Source: Thermoplasmata archaeon
GTDB taxonomy: Archaea > Thermoplasmatota > E2 > DHVEG-1
NCBI GenBank assembly: GCA_020054495.1
Contig: JAHWGK010000008.1
Location: forward strand, 2,883-66,882
Length of the DNA: 64,000 nucleotides
Direction of reading: 5' to 3'
Of this stretch, positions 20,935 through 30,295 are shown piece after piece. A model generated the notes under the pieces. It did no database searches and was not told the DNA's origin. It saw nothing but the letters and a program-made list of their open reading frames with translations. Each line of letters opens with the position of its first letter. The stretch's first letter is position 1. Position numbers and translations under genes: made by a program.

Positions 20935-22086
20935 TTATCCAAAGATTATTTTCAATATTGGATACTCCGCTATATATTCCTCTAACCAAGGATACTTCAT
21001 TTTTATTAACCTTACCAAAGGTCTTGTGTTTTCTGTTTCAACGATTGTTTCTGCCTCCTTTGAGTCATATATAGTATTTGCTGATTTTGTTTCTAAACCT
21101 AATGGGCCTAATGTTCTGAACTCTTTTATTTCTCCCTTATGTTCACAAACACCGTTATTAGCAACAGCTCTTACCCAATATGTTGTTTCAGGTGTAAGTC
21201 CATCTTCATCTATGAAAAACGCCCCTGTACTATCCAGCAAAATTGAATCGGTTGTTTCATCTAATTGATTTGGATTTTCATCTCCATATTCAAACCAAAC
21301 ATCACAGGTTGAAGTTCCTCCTAATTTGAATAATTGCCCTCGGAATTTCGCAGATGTTGTTGTAACTTCATGTGGTAAATATGTTTCAACAGTTGGCATG
21401 CCTGGAGTTACCTGAAGTCTCCAAACGCTCGCCCATGTATCTGCATCATTTGTTGCATACGCCTTAAAATGATAAGTTTGACAACTTGTAAGACCAGTAA
21501 TATCTGCATGAAATGTTCCTGTGGAGGTCATTATTTCAACAGGCGTTTCCATGTTTAAATTATCAGGATCTGCACCATATTTAAATGATACATTACAAGA
21601 TTGTGCACCACCCATATGAGTTAATTCACCTTCAAGTCTAGCTGAAGTAACTCCAATTGAAGAAGCATTATATACAACAACTCTTGGACCTCCAGGTATA
21701 AATGTGAAATCTAATCCTGGTTGCACCGGACTTCCTGCTGATTTATACTCCCCCATTGCCCGATAATGATATTCAGTTAAACGATCAAGACCATAAATAT
21801 CAACGGAAAAGAAATTCCAGTTATCATAATTATCTGCTTCAATTGTATATTCATACATCTCCCAGTCATCATGATATTCTGTATCGTATACAAAGAATCC
21901 ATCCCAATTATGGAAATTTTCACCTAATCTTAAAAATCCCCAAAGCTTAACACCTGTTCCTTCAGAATTTATATGGTCCCAATGTTTTGTCTGTATTGAA
22001 TTTGGTGCAACACAGCCTGATAGTGCCGAAACAATCATTAAAAGTGGCACTAAAATTAAAATCACTTTAACTTTCTTTTTATCCAT
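20935..22086 (-). CDS. Putative lipoprotein with fibronectin-III-like repeats
   Basis: Lipobox-like ALSGC; repeated GL.....YH/YW.RA.A.N segments. Confidence 0.7.
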   Translation of the reverse strand: MDKKKVKVILILVPLLMIVSALSGCVAPNSIQTKHWDHINSEGTGVKLWGFLRLGENFHNWDGFFVYDTEYHDDWEMYEYTIEADNYDNWNFFSVDIYGLDRLTEYHYRAMGEYKSAGSPVQPGLDFTFIPGGPRVVVYNASSIGVTSARLEGELTHMGGAQSCNVSFKYGADPDNLNMETPVEIMTSTGTFHADITGLTSCQTYHFKAYATNDADTWASVWRLQVTPGMPTVETYLPHEVTTTSAKFRGQLFKLGGTSTCDVWFEYGDENPNQLDETTDSILLDSTGAFFIDEDGLTPETTYWVRAVANNGVCEHKGEIKEFRTLGPLGLETKSANTIYDSKEAETIVETENTRPLVRLIKMKYPWLEEYIAEYPILKIIFG

Positions 22087-22402
22087 ATTTTCACCTCCAA
22101 CATCTTTAAAGATGGGATTTAATATTAATTTTTGTATTTATAATAGTTGTGATATTATCATAGGCAAATGTCGAATAAATTCACAAAATTACCTCATTAA
22201 TAACAATTTTTTTTATCCTAAATATGAACGTTATTATTACAAAAGGAAAAAAAGACCAATTCTTAATTTATTAAAAGTATATCCAATTGTTTATAAATCT
22301 TAGCTTTATTTTTTACAGTTTGGGTTAGTCAGTTGTATAGAAAAAATTTTTATCTGGTAGGATATTATTATTTTTAAAAGTTTAAAGTTTTTAGTGGGGA
22401 AA

Positions 22403-24040
22403 ATGAAGAAATACTTTAAGAATAAACTTTCACAAAAAATATTACTAACTATATTTATGGTATGTATCCTTCTCATATCAATAACAAGCAATGTATCAGG
22501 CTTATTTTTTACCAATTTGGACGGTATAGAATTAAATAGTTATGATTATATCAAAAACCCAATAGGAGGTCCTAAAGGGGTAAAACCCGGTCGAGTAGTC
22601 TGGGTTTGGAATCCAGATGCTACAAAAAAGAATTTGACTGGCTATTGGTGGGAACCTGAAAATAACAATCAAACAATAATTGATCAGATGTTTTCACAAG
22701 CTCTAAGAAATCTAACTGATACAAATAATTGTAATGAGGTTTGGGAACAGATATTTAGATATTTTAATAGAGTCCATGATAATGGAGATCGCGGTTATCA
22801 ACAAGGTGAAAGTATATCTATTAAATTAAACCTGGCAAATAACCAGAATGAACCTTATGATAATTTGGATAACGATTTTGATGCAAACCCATATGTTGTA
22901 ATAGCTCTTTTAAAACAGTTAATAAATAACGCAGGAATTCCTGAAGACTTTATCACAATTTTTGATGCCTCTACAGTCATGCAAGACTGGTTTTACAATC
23001 TAGTTGCTTCAGAGTTTCCAGAGATTCACTATATAGATGTATTTGGTGAAGCAGAGGGTCGTGAGAAAGTAGTAAGCAGTGAAACTCTTGTTTACTTTGC
23101 TTGGGGTCAATGTAAATATAGAACACTCCCAAAATGTGTTGCTAACGCAGATTATATTATAAACATGCCACTTCTTAAAAGACATCCCATTATGAATGGA
23201 ATTACTCTTGCAGGAAAAAACTTTTTTGGATGTTTTATGGAGGAAGTAACTCCTCTTCATCAGTATATGCAATGGGGATCCATTATGGGAAACCCTGCTC
23301 CACAAACTGATCTGTTAGGACATAAGGATCTAGGGAAGAAAACTTTATTGCTGGTGGGAGATGGAACATTTGCAACTCGGCAAAATATTAAAACAATCGA
23401 AAAATTTTATATGTATCCTTTTGACGATGATTGGACAAATAGTCTTTTTTTCTCACGGGACTCAGTGGCTTTAGATTCTGTTATGTATGATTTTTTAAAA
23501 GTTGAAGGGACTCATCCTAGTAGAGGATCACATAATTATCTTCATCAAGCAACTCGTCCACCTAAAAATCGTTATGATCCTGAAAATGATGGTGTGTTTC
23601 TTACTGAAAGTTTAGGTGTGCATGAACATTGTGATCCAGAGGTTGATGTTTTTTCTTTCGATAGATATTCTGGCCCTGATAAAAATGGAATTGACTACAT
23701 TGCTCTTGGTGAAGAATATGCATTGTTTTCTGTTGATATCTTAAAACCTATGCGTAAGTCTTTATGCATATTTGAAAACTTGCAAATACCGCTGCGAAAA
23801 TTAAATACAACATTAATTATAGGAAAAATCAATGTAAAAGCACAAGTAAATGGTATATTGGGAAACCCTGATCGGGTAGAATTTTATGTTGATGATGTCT
23901 TAGAAAACACTGATTTTGATTATCCATATGAATGGCTATGGGATAACCCATCATTTATAAAATTATCTGAAATAACGGTGAAAGCCTACAGCAATAGCAG
24001 TATCGTCATTGATAAAATCATGGTCTGGAAGTTCTTTTAA
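22403..24040 (+). CDS. Secreted DUF362-family protein with C-terminal Ig-like domain
   Basis: Signal peptide; PGRVVWVWNP, ADYIINMPLLKRH, GITLAGKN; VEFYVDD...PYEWLW. Confidence 0.7.
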   Translation: MKKYFKNKLSQKILLTIFMVCILLISITSNVSGLFFTNLDGIELNSYDYIKNPIGGPKGVKPGRVVWVWNPDATKKNLTGYWWEPENNNQTIIDQMFSQALRNLTDTNNCNEVWEQIFRYFNRVHDNGDRGYQQGESISIKLNLANNQNEPYDNLDNDFDANPYVVIALLKQLINNAGIPEDFITIFDASTVMQDWFYNLVASEFPEIHYIDVFGEAEGREKVVSSETLVYFAWGQCKYRTLPKCVANADYIINMPLLKRHPIMNGITLAGKNFFGCFMEEVTPLHQYMQWGSIMGNPAPQTDLLGHKDLGKKTLLLVGDGTFATRQNIKTIEKFYMYPFDDDWTNSLFFSRDSVALDSVMYDFLKVEGTHPSRGSHNYLHQATRPPKNRYDPENDGVFLTESLGVHEHCDPEVDVFSFDRYSGPDKNGIDYIALGEEYALFSVDILKPMRKSLCIFENLQIPLRKLNTTLIIGKINVKAQVNGILGNPDRVEFYVDDVLENTDFDYPYEWLWDNPSFIKLSEITVKAYSNSSIVIDKIMVWKFF

Positions 24041-24052
24041 GAATAATAGTTT

Positions 24053-24511
24053 TTATTCAAACATCAATTTTGCTTGGTCAAGACTGTATTTCCAACCAGC
24101 TGGAAGTCTATTTTGGCTATGATAGTATTTTGTAAGACGTCTTATCTTAGCCTCAGTAAGATGCAAATTCCTTTTGTTTTCCAAATCCTTTTTATTAATA
24201 TCCAGATGTTTTTTCAACTGAAGAGCAGTTTGTATGAGATTCCTTAAATCCTCTGGGATCTCTGGTTTAATGTTATTTCCTTCAAGTATTTTCGATATTT
24301 TTTTCCCAGTTGCAAGTTTTACATCAGGAACAGCATATTGATCTCTTAAAATTAGTCCTATTTCACTAGTAGATTTGCCAGTTTTAGCAAGTTCTAAAAC
24401 TCTGGATTCAACCTCCCTAGGATTTAATGAACTCCATTCAGGATGTTTTTTTCTATCAACAGGATAAGTTGAACCGGATTGCCCCTTTCGTCTTGCATGC
24501 ATTCTTGCCAT
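24053..24511 (-). CDS. rps15: 30S ribosomal protein uS15 (S15P/S13e)
   Basis: MARMHARRKGQSGS, IGLILRDQY, IPEDL, EAKIRRL. Confidence 0.97.
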   Translation of the reverse strand: MARMHARRKGQSGSTYPVDRKKHPEWSSLNPREVESRVLELAKTGKSTSEIGLILRDQYAVPDVKLATGKKISKILEGNNIKPEIPEDLRNLIQTALQLKKHLDINKKDLENKRNLHLTEAKIRRLTKYYHSQNRLPAGWKYSLDQAKLMFE

Positions 24512-24560
24512 TGTATTATACTCCAAGATTTAAAGTAACTCCAGAATAAGATTATAATAT

Positions 24561-25250
24561 TTATCCTTTACCCTTAGAAATTTTACTTTTTTTCCATGCA
24601 TCTCTTATCACAGGGTTTCTTTTCATATATTCATCCACTAAATCTTTTGGAACTTTATTAAACTGACAGGAGAAATTAATACATTTTGGACAGAATTTTA
24701 AAAGAAATAAAGATATAAAAACTAAGTATGAAATTATTGTAGTTATAAGGATAACTAAAGAACCTAAAATTTTATAAATATTTGAATTTGGATCTATTGA
24801 TAATATAAACCAAATACAATAAAGCTCAGATGCAATAGGAAAGCATCCAAGAAATGCAAAACCTAAAAAAGACCCAAATTTTTCAATAGGACTAATAGGT
24901 TTAGGATTATATTTCCAAATTTTTGGGAAAAAATTATTACCTGGGCAGTTTAAAAATTTTTTATTTTCTGCATAATATGGACAATGACTACAATTTAATT
25001 TTATCTCAATTATAAAGAAAAATAACACAATAAATATGATGTAAATCAACAGAAGCCACCAAAAATTAGTAATTTTTCCAGTAATAATTAAGCCAAATGT
25101 TGCAATAATTATAAATGAAAAAACAGTTTTCATTGAAATTTTTTGTTGATTTTTATCCAACTTACAATCTAGCTTACCTTTGTTTTTACATTTATTACAG
25201 TTTGAATTTGGATCAAGAGTACAAATATTGTATGGATTTCTGTTCATCAT
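24561..25250 (-). CDS. Four-TM membrane protein with three Cys clusters
   Basis: Cys groups CNKC...C, CSHCPYY...C and CPKCINFSC flank hydrophobic helices; divergent from the lipid cluster. Confidence 0.65.
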   Translation of the reverse strand: MMNRNPYNICTLDPNSNCNKCKNKGKLDCKLDKNQQKISMKTVFSFIIIATFGLIITGKITNFWWLLLIYIIFIVLFFFIIEIKLNCSHCPYYAENKKFLNCPGNNFFPKIWKYNPKPISPIEKFGSFLGFAFLGCFPIASELYCIWFILSIDPNSNIYKILGSLVILITTIISYLVFISLFLLKFCPKCINFSCQFNKVPKDLVDEYMKRNPVIRDAWKKSKISKGKG

Positions 25251-25259
25251 TTCAAGTTA

Positions 25260-25292
25260 ATAAACCATCTAATTTAATTATTTATGGTTTAT
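25260..25292. promoter_or_regulatory. Inverted repeat ATAAACCAT-N15-ATGGTTTAT, candidate operator
   Basis: Perfect 9-bp arms in the short divergent intergenic region upstream of the lipid cluster. Confidence 0.45.
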
Positions 25293-25354
25293 AGAAAACA
25301 TTTAAGAGGAATAATTCTATGACGGAAGCTTTACTATCAACGATTGGGGGTAAA

Positions 25355-27316
25355 ATGACATTAGATAAAGTGTTATCAACGGAAAAAGCAGAATTAGAAG
25401 AGGCTGTAAAAATTGCCAATAAAGGAACACATTGTGGTATGTGTAAGGTTGATTTTTTAGAATCAGGTTTATGCCCAGCTGGTAAAAAACATGGATTTGC
25501 TGCATATTGGCCTGAAGGAAGAATGGAAATTGTAAAAGCTCTTTATTCTGATAAAATAAAACCTACAAAGGAATTATTGGAAATTGCCAATTCCTGTACA
25601 ATTTGTGGTATTTGCGACAAACAATGCAACTTTATTACACATCTTAGACCAGAAAAAGTTAGCAAGGCTTTGAAGGAATATGTCAATAAATTAGACGATA
25701 AAGATATTGTAACTATTCCTGAAAATCAAACATTAAAGGACATTCGATCAATAGTTGGAGAGAGATGGGCATCTAATGACCCAGCAGTTATTGTATCTTA
25801 TACAAAGACAATCATTACTGAGGATGCTGGAGTGAATTTTTACGTTGTTATGCCTGAAACAACAGAAGAAGTAGCTGAAGTTGTTAAATATGCAGATAAA
25901 AACAATATTCCATATCTTCCACGTGGAAATGGAACATTACTATCGATGTTTATAGAAACACTTCTTGCAAAAGCTGTTGGTCTAGAGAAAGGAATAATAT
26001 TTGATTTTAGAAGACTGAGAAAACTTGAAATCGATATAGATAATAAAACAGCAACAATTGGTGTTGGAATAACAGCATTCGAGCTTCAAAAAGAAGCCTA
26101 TAAACATGAAATGCGCGCTCTTGTTGCTGAAGCAGAGGCTCATTTGTGTGTAAATATTGCATCAGTTGGAATTATTTCTACTTGGGGTAATACTTACGGA
26201 TGGGGGTCTGACAATTTTATTGATGCAACTCTAGTTAATTCAAAAGGTAATATTGTCCGTCATAGCGATGAGGAAGTATCCAATCCTTATTCAACTAACA
26301 ATAAATTCACAAATCTTACATTAACTCCATCAAAAATCATTACTGAGGCAACTGTAAAACTCCATCCTATATTTGAAGATGAAGAAGCACTTTTAATTCC
26401 ATTTGAAAAACTTGATGATACACTTGACCTTGCGATGACACTTGCAAAAAGAAATATTGGACTTTCTCTTGCTGTAATATCAAGTAAATATCTATCTGAG
26501 TTCATCTGTCCAACAAATGAAATCGCAGAGGATTTTGACTTTATTGCACAAAATTATCTAAAAATGAACTATTTATTAGATGTTATATGTGATAAGTACG
26601 ATAAGAAGACAGTGCAAGATCTAGCTGATGTTTTTATTGATGAAAATATGATGAAATCCTTGATTCTTGGATCACCTAGGCTTGCTTCACTTAAAGAAAG
26701 TGAATTTCTAAAAATTCTATCTGAGGAAAAGGATCCCCTCAAAGCAATATTTACAGGACCGATGAGAAAACATTTGGAAAAAGCATTAGATCCATCGCCA
26801 GAACAAATATCAAAGGTTTTTGATGAAGATTTACAGGATTTTTTCAAAAAAGTATATTCAAAACCAGAAATGACAGATGTTGTTTGGCTTCATTCATTTA
26901 GGATTCTACCTAGCAGACTAATGAGACAGAGAATGTTCATGTTGAGAGGTGGATATATTGTTGCAGATAAAGAGAAAATATTGAACCTAAACAAAATGCT
27001 CAAAGAAACAGGTGATAAATACAAATTATCAAACGCCCTTGGATTTATTAGTTTCATTGAGAATGGTAAATTTGCATTTGTAGAATATGATTACTACTTT
27101 GATCATTTGGATCCTGACTCTCATAATCGTTTGAACCAGGCAATTGTTGAAACATTACAATTGGAACTCAAAATTAAAGGTTTGTTACCAATTGAATATG
27201 TTTTTCATAAGGGTTTACATCGAAAGGAGCATTTATTTTATCCAATGCCCGAGGGTCTATCAGACGATGAATTAAAAATATTAGGAGAAATGGTTCAATC
27301 TGTCGTTGGAGGATAA
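25355..27316 (+). CDS. Fe-S + FAD-binding (VAO/PCMH-fold) oxidoreductase, paralog 1
   Basis: N-terminal HCGMC...CP and CTICGICDKQC; VVMPETTEEVAEVVK...PYLPRGNGT; GGGGG RBS before ATG 25355. Confidence 0.8.
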   Translation: MTLDKVLSTEKAELEEAVKIANKGTHCGMCKVDFLESGLCPAGKKHGFAAYWPEGRMEIVKALYSDKIKPTKELLEIANSCTICGICDKQCNFITHLRPEKVSKALKEYVNKLDDKDIVTIPENQTLKDIRSIVGERWASNDPAVIVSYTKTIITEDAGVNFYVVMPETTEEVAEVVKYADKNNIPYLPRGNGTLLSMFIETLLAKAVGLEKGIIFDFRRLRKLEIDIDNKTATIGVGITAFELQKEAYKHEMRALVAEAEAHLCVNIASVGIISTWGNTYGWGSDNFIDATLVNSKGNIVRHSDEEVSNPYSTNNKFTNLTLTPSKIITEATVKLHPIFEDEEALLIPFEKLDDTLDLAMTLAKRNIGLSLAVISSKYLSEFICPTNEIAEDFDFIAQNYLKMNYLLDVICDKYDKKTVQDLADVFIDENMMKSLILGSPRLASLKESEFLKILSEEKDPLKAIFTGPMRKHLEKALDPSPEQISKVFDEDLQDFFKKVYSKPEMTDVVWLHSFRILPSRLMRQRMFMLRGGYIVADKEKILNLNKMLKETGDKYKLSNALGFISFIENGKFAFVEYDYYFDHLDPDSHNRLNQAIVETLQLELKIKGLLPIEYVFHKGLHRKEHLFYPMPEGLSDDELKILGEMVQSVVGG

Positions 27317-27324
27317 TAAAGTTT

Positions 27325-27729
27325 ATGAAGTTCTTATCTGAAGAGTGGATTGAAAAAGCTAAAAAAATAGCTACTGAAAAATTAGACCCAGAAAAAGACC
27401 TAAAAAAGGCAACAACTTCGCTATTGAATATAATTGAAAACATACCTCCTGATGGCAAAACTGTTTATTTCTACCTATCAGTAAAAGAAGGTAATCTTCA
27501 AGAAATGCTAATAAATCAGTCTGGATCACTGCTTGATAAAAATGCAGAATTTGTAGTAACTGGTAATTACGACACTTTTGGTCAAATCTTTAAAGGAGAA
27601 ATGAGTACACTCATTGCTTTAATAAAAAATAGAGTAAAAATTAAAGGAGATAAAGTAAAAGCCCTTAAATTTGTAAAGCCAATTGATAAAATTAATGATT
27701 GTTTAAGAGAGCTAGAAACTGAATTTTAA
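27325..27729 (+). CDS. SCP2 sterol/lipid-binding domain protein
   Basis: KFLSEEW start; AEFVVTGNYDTF...RVKIKGD. Confidence 0.8.
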   Translation: MKFLSEEWIEKAKKIATEKLDPEKDLKKATTSLLNIIENIPPDGKTVYFYLSVKEGNLQEMLINQSGSLLDKNAEFVVTGNYDTFGQIFKGEMSTLIALIKNRVKIKGDKVKALKFVKPIDKINDCLRELETEF

Positions 27730-27870
27730 ACATATTTAATTTTAAATTATGAAAAAATTGATGCGATATTATCCTTTATTTATTTTTTTATATATTTTCC
27801 AATAAAAACCTTTAATAATATGAGTTGTTATCATTTCTATTGTATATATTATTATTTTGGGGGAAAAAAC

Positions 27871-29841
27871 ATGACATCAGATAATGTTTTGGTTATGGAG
27901 AAAACATCATTTAAAGACGCAGTTACTATTGCAAAAAAAGGTACCCATTGTGGCATGTGCAGATTTGATTTTCTTGGAAGTGGCGTGTGCCCAGCGGGTA
28001 GAAAACATGGATTTTTAGCATATTGGCCACAAGGGCGCATGGAAATCGTGAAACAATTGGATTCAGGCCGAGTTAAACCTACAGAGAAGCTAAAAGATAT
28101 TGTTAATTCGTGTAATCTTTGTGGTATTTGTGATAAACAATGTAATTTTATTACACAATTACGACCCGAAAAGGTTGCAGGCGCATTAAAAGAATATGTT
28201 GATAGTCTAGATGAAAGTGAAATTCAGCATGTTCCTGAGGACGATATTCTTCACGGATTACGTGAAATTGTCGGTGATGATTGGGCAACAAATGATCCTA
28301 TTATAATCTCCGCCTATACAATGACAATTCTTCCCCCAGATAATAAACTAAATTATTATGTTGTAATGCCAGAAAATACAGAGCAAATATCAAAGATTGT
28401 AAAATTTGCTAATAAAAACAATGTCCCATATTTACCGCGAAGTGGTGGAACAGCATTTTCAGCAGCTGCACCAACTGTTTTGGTAAAAGGTCTTAGTCTT
28501 GAACAAGGAATTATTATCGATCTTTATAGATTAAGAAATCTCGAGATTCATCCTGATAGTCAAACTGCAACAATAGGCGCAGGTATTACTATGTTTGAAC
28601 TGCAAAAAGAAGCACTTAATCATAAATTAAGAGCATTGGCGGCAGAAGCTGGAGCACATGTATGCTCTAATATTTTGACAACAGGAATTATCTCTACTTG
28701 GGGAAACAAATACGGAGCTTTTGCAGATAATTTTATTGATTTAACAACAGTAGATGATGAAGGCAATATTAAAAAACATAGTGATTGGGAGAGAAACAAT
28801 CCTTATTCCACAGAACCTGGTTTTACAAATCTATCTCTCACTCCATCTGTAATTGTAACTGAAGCCGTGGTTAAACTACATCCAGTTTTTGATGATGAAG
28901 AAGCTGTTCTTGTGCCATTTGATAACATTAGAGATGCCTTTAGACTTTTAATTAAGTTAGGAAAACGTGATGTAGGTTTATCACTTGCTGTTCTCTCACG
29001 TAAATATCTTGCTGAGTTTCTAAGTCCAACCATCCAAATCTCTAAAGACTTTGATTATGTTTGTAAAAACTATCTTAAACTAAACTATGTAGTAGCTGTC
29101 ATCTGCGATCAAAATGACAAAAAAATTGTAGAAGATATGGTAAATTGTACAATTGATCAATCTTTAATGAAGAGTCTGATATTAGGTGCTCCTAGATTTT
29201 CAAAACTTAGAGATAGTGAATTTTTAAAGATACTTTCAGAGGAAGAAGACCCTCTGAAAGCAATATTTGCTGGCCCAATGAGAAAACATTTGGAAAAAGC
29301 ATTAGATCCATCACCTGAACAAGTTTCGAAAGTTTTTGATGAAGATTTGCAGGATTTTTTCAAAAAAGTTTATTCCAAACCAGAAATGACCGATATTGTT
29401 TGGCTACATGCATTTCGAATACTTCCTACAAGAATGATGAGACAGCAAATGTTTATGGGGCCTGGAGGAGCTATGTGGACTGGAGATGAAGACCATTATT
29501 TGAATTGGATCCAAATGTTTGCAGACATGGGAGATAAATTAGATGTTGAACATTCACTTGGTTTCATTAGCCCACTGGATCATGGTAAGTTTGCATATAT
29601 GGAATATGACTATTATTATGATCATAATGATCCTGAGGAACGCAATAAAATAAGTAAGATTACTGTTGACTCAATGGAACAATCATTAGTAATGGGGAAA
29701 GTACTCACAATTCTAAATTATTTATACAAAGGTATATACCGTAAAGAACATGTTCTATATCCAATAGCTAAGGGAATTTCAGAGGAAGAGCAAGAACTGT
29801 TCAAAGAATTGCTAGGAACAGTTCTAGGGGAGGAAATATAA
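27871..29841 (+). CDS. Fe-S + FAD-binding (VAO/PCMH-fold) oxidoreductase, paralog 2
   Basis: Same architecture as paralog 1: HCGMC, CNLCGICDKQC, PYLPRSGGT, IGAGIT. Confidence 0.8.
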   Translation: MTSDNVLVMEKTSFKDAVTIAKKGTHCGMCRFDFLGSGVCPAGRKHGFLAYWPQGRMEIVKQLDSGRVKPTEKLKDIVNSCNLCGICDKQCNFITQLRPEKVAGALKEYVDSLDESEIQHVPEDDILHGLREIVGDDWATNDPIIISAYTMTILPPDNKLNYYVVMPENTEQISKIVKFANKNNVPYLPRSGGTAFSAAAPTVLVKGLSLEQGIIIDLYRLRNLEIHPDSQTATIGAGITMFELQKEALNHKLRALAAEAGAHVCSNILTTGIISTWGNKYGAFADNFIDLTTVDDEGNIKKHSDWERNNPYSTEPGFTNLSLTPSVIVTEAVVKLHPVFDDEEAVLVPFDNIRDAFRLLIKLGKRDVGLSLAVLSRKYLAEFLSPTIQISKDFDYVCKNYLKLNYVVAVICDQNDKKIVEDMVNCTIDQSLMKSLILGAPRFSKLRDSEFLKILSEEEDPLKAIFAGPMRKHLEKALDPSPEQVSKVFDEDLQDFFKKVYSKPEMTDIVWLHAFRILPTRMMRQQMFMGPGGAMWTGDEDHYLNWIQMFADMGDKLDVEHSLGFISPLDHGKFAYMEYDYYYDHNDPEERNKISKITVDSMEQSLVMGKVLTILNYLYKGIYRKEHVLYPIAKGISEEEQELFKELLGTVLGEEI

Positions 29842-30254
29842 TGGTAAAATTTCTTTCAGAAGAATGGATTGAGATTGGTAAAAAATATATGATTGAAAAG
29901 CTCGATCCAGTAAAAGATTTGAAAAGTATAACCACATCTTTACTTGGCGTTGTAGAGCATATTCCACCAGATGACTCAACAATGAATTTCTATCTAGAAC
30001 TTGAAGGTGGAAAATTAAAGGATTTTATCGTTAACACTGGGTACACTTTTGAAGAAAAAGAAGCTGCTTATGAAATTAAAGGTAACTACGGTACATATAA
30101 AAGCGTTCTTAAAGGAGAGATGAGTCTGGGTATTGCTGTTTTAAAAAACAGATTAAAAGTAAAGGGAAGTAAAATGGCAGCTCTTAAGCTAATTAAACCG
30201 CTTGATGGAGTAATTGTATCGCTGCAAGAAATCACAGATGAATTTGAAGAATAA
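29841..30254 (+). CDS. SCP2 sterol/lipid-binding domain protein
   Basis: KFLSEEW start; paralog of 27325-27729. Confidence 0.8.
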   Translation: MVKFLSEEWIEIGKKYMIEKLDPVKDLKSITTSLLGVVEHIPPDDSTMNFYLELEGGKLKDFIVNTGYTFEEKEAAYEIKGNYGTYKSVLKGEMSLGIAVLKNRLKVKGSKMAALKLIKPLDGVIVSLQEITDEFEE

Positions 30255-30295
30255 TTAAAAGTCAATTTGAAAGAATTAATTGAAGAGGGTTGAAT

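Noticed and set aside
22087-22400. ORF 22112-22303 or an ncRNA in the AT-rich gap
   Set aside because: Low-complexity AT-rich divergent promoter region with no RBS or stable structure seen
25355-29841. Firm call as alkyl-DHAP synthase (ether lipid synthesis)
   Set aside because: Same fold family, but the C-terminal His motif is not visible and an Fe-S domain points to net redox chemistry; kept only as a possibility
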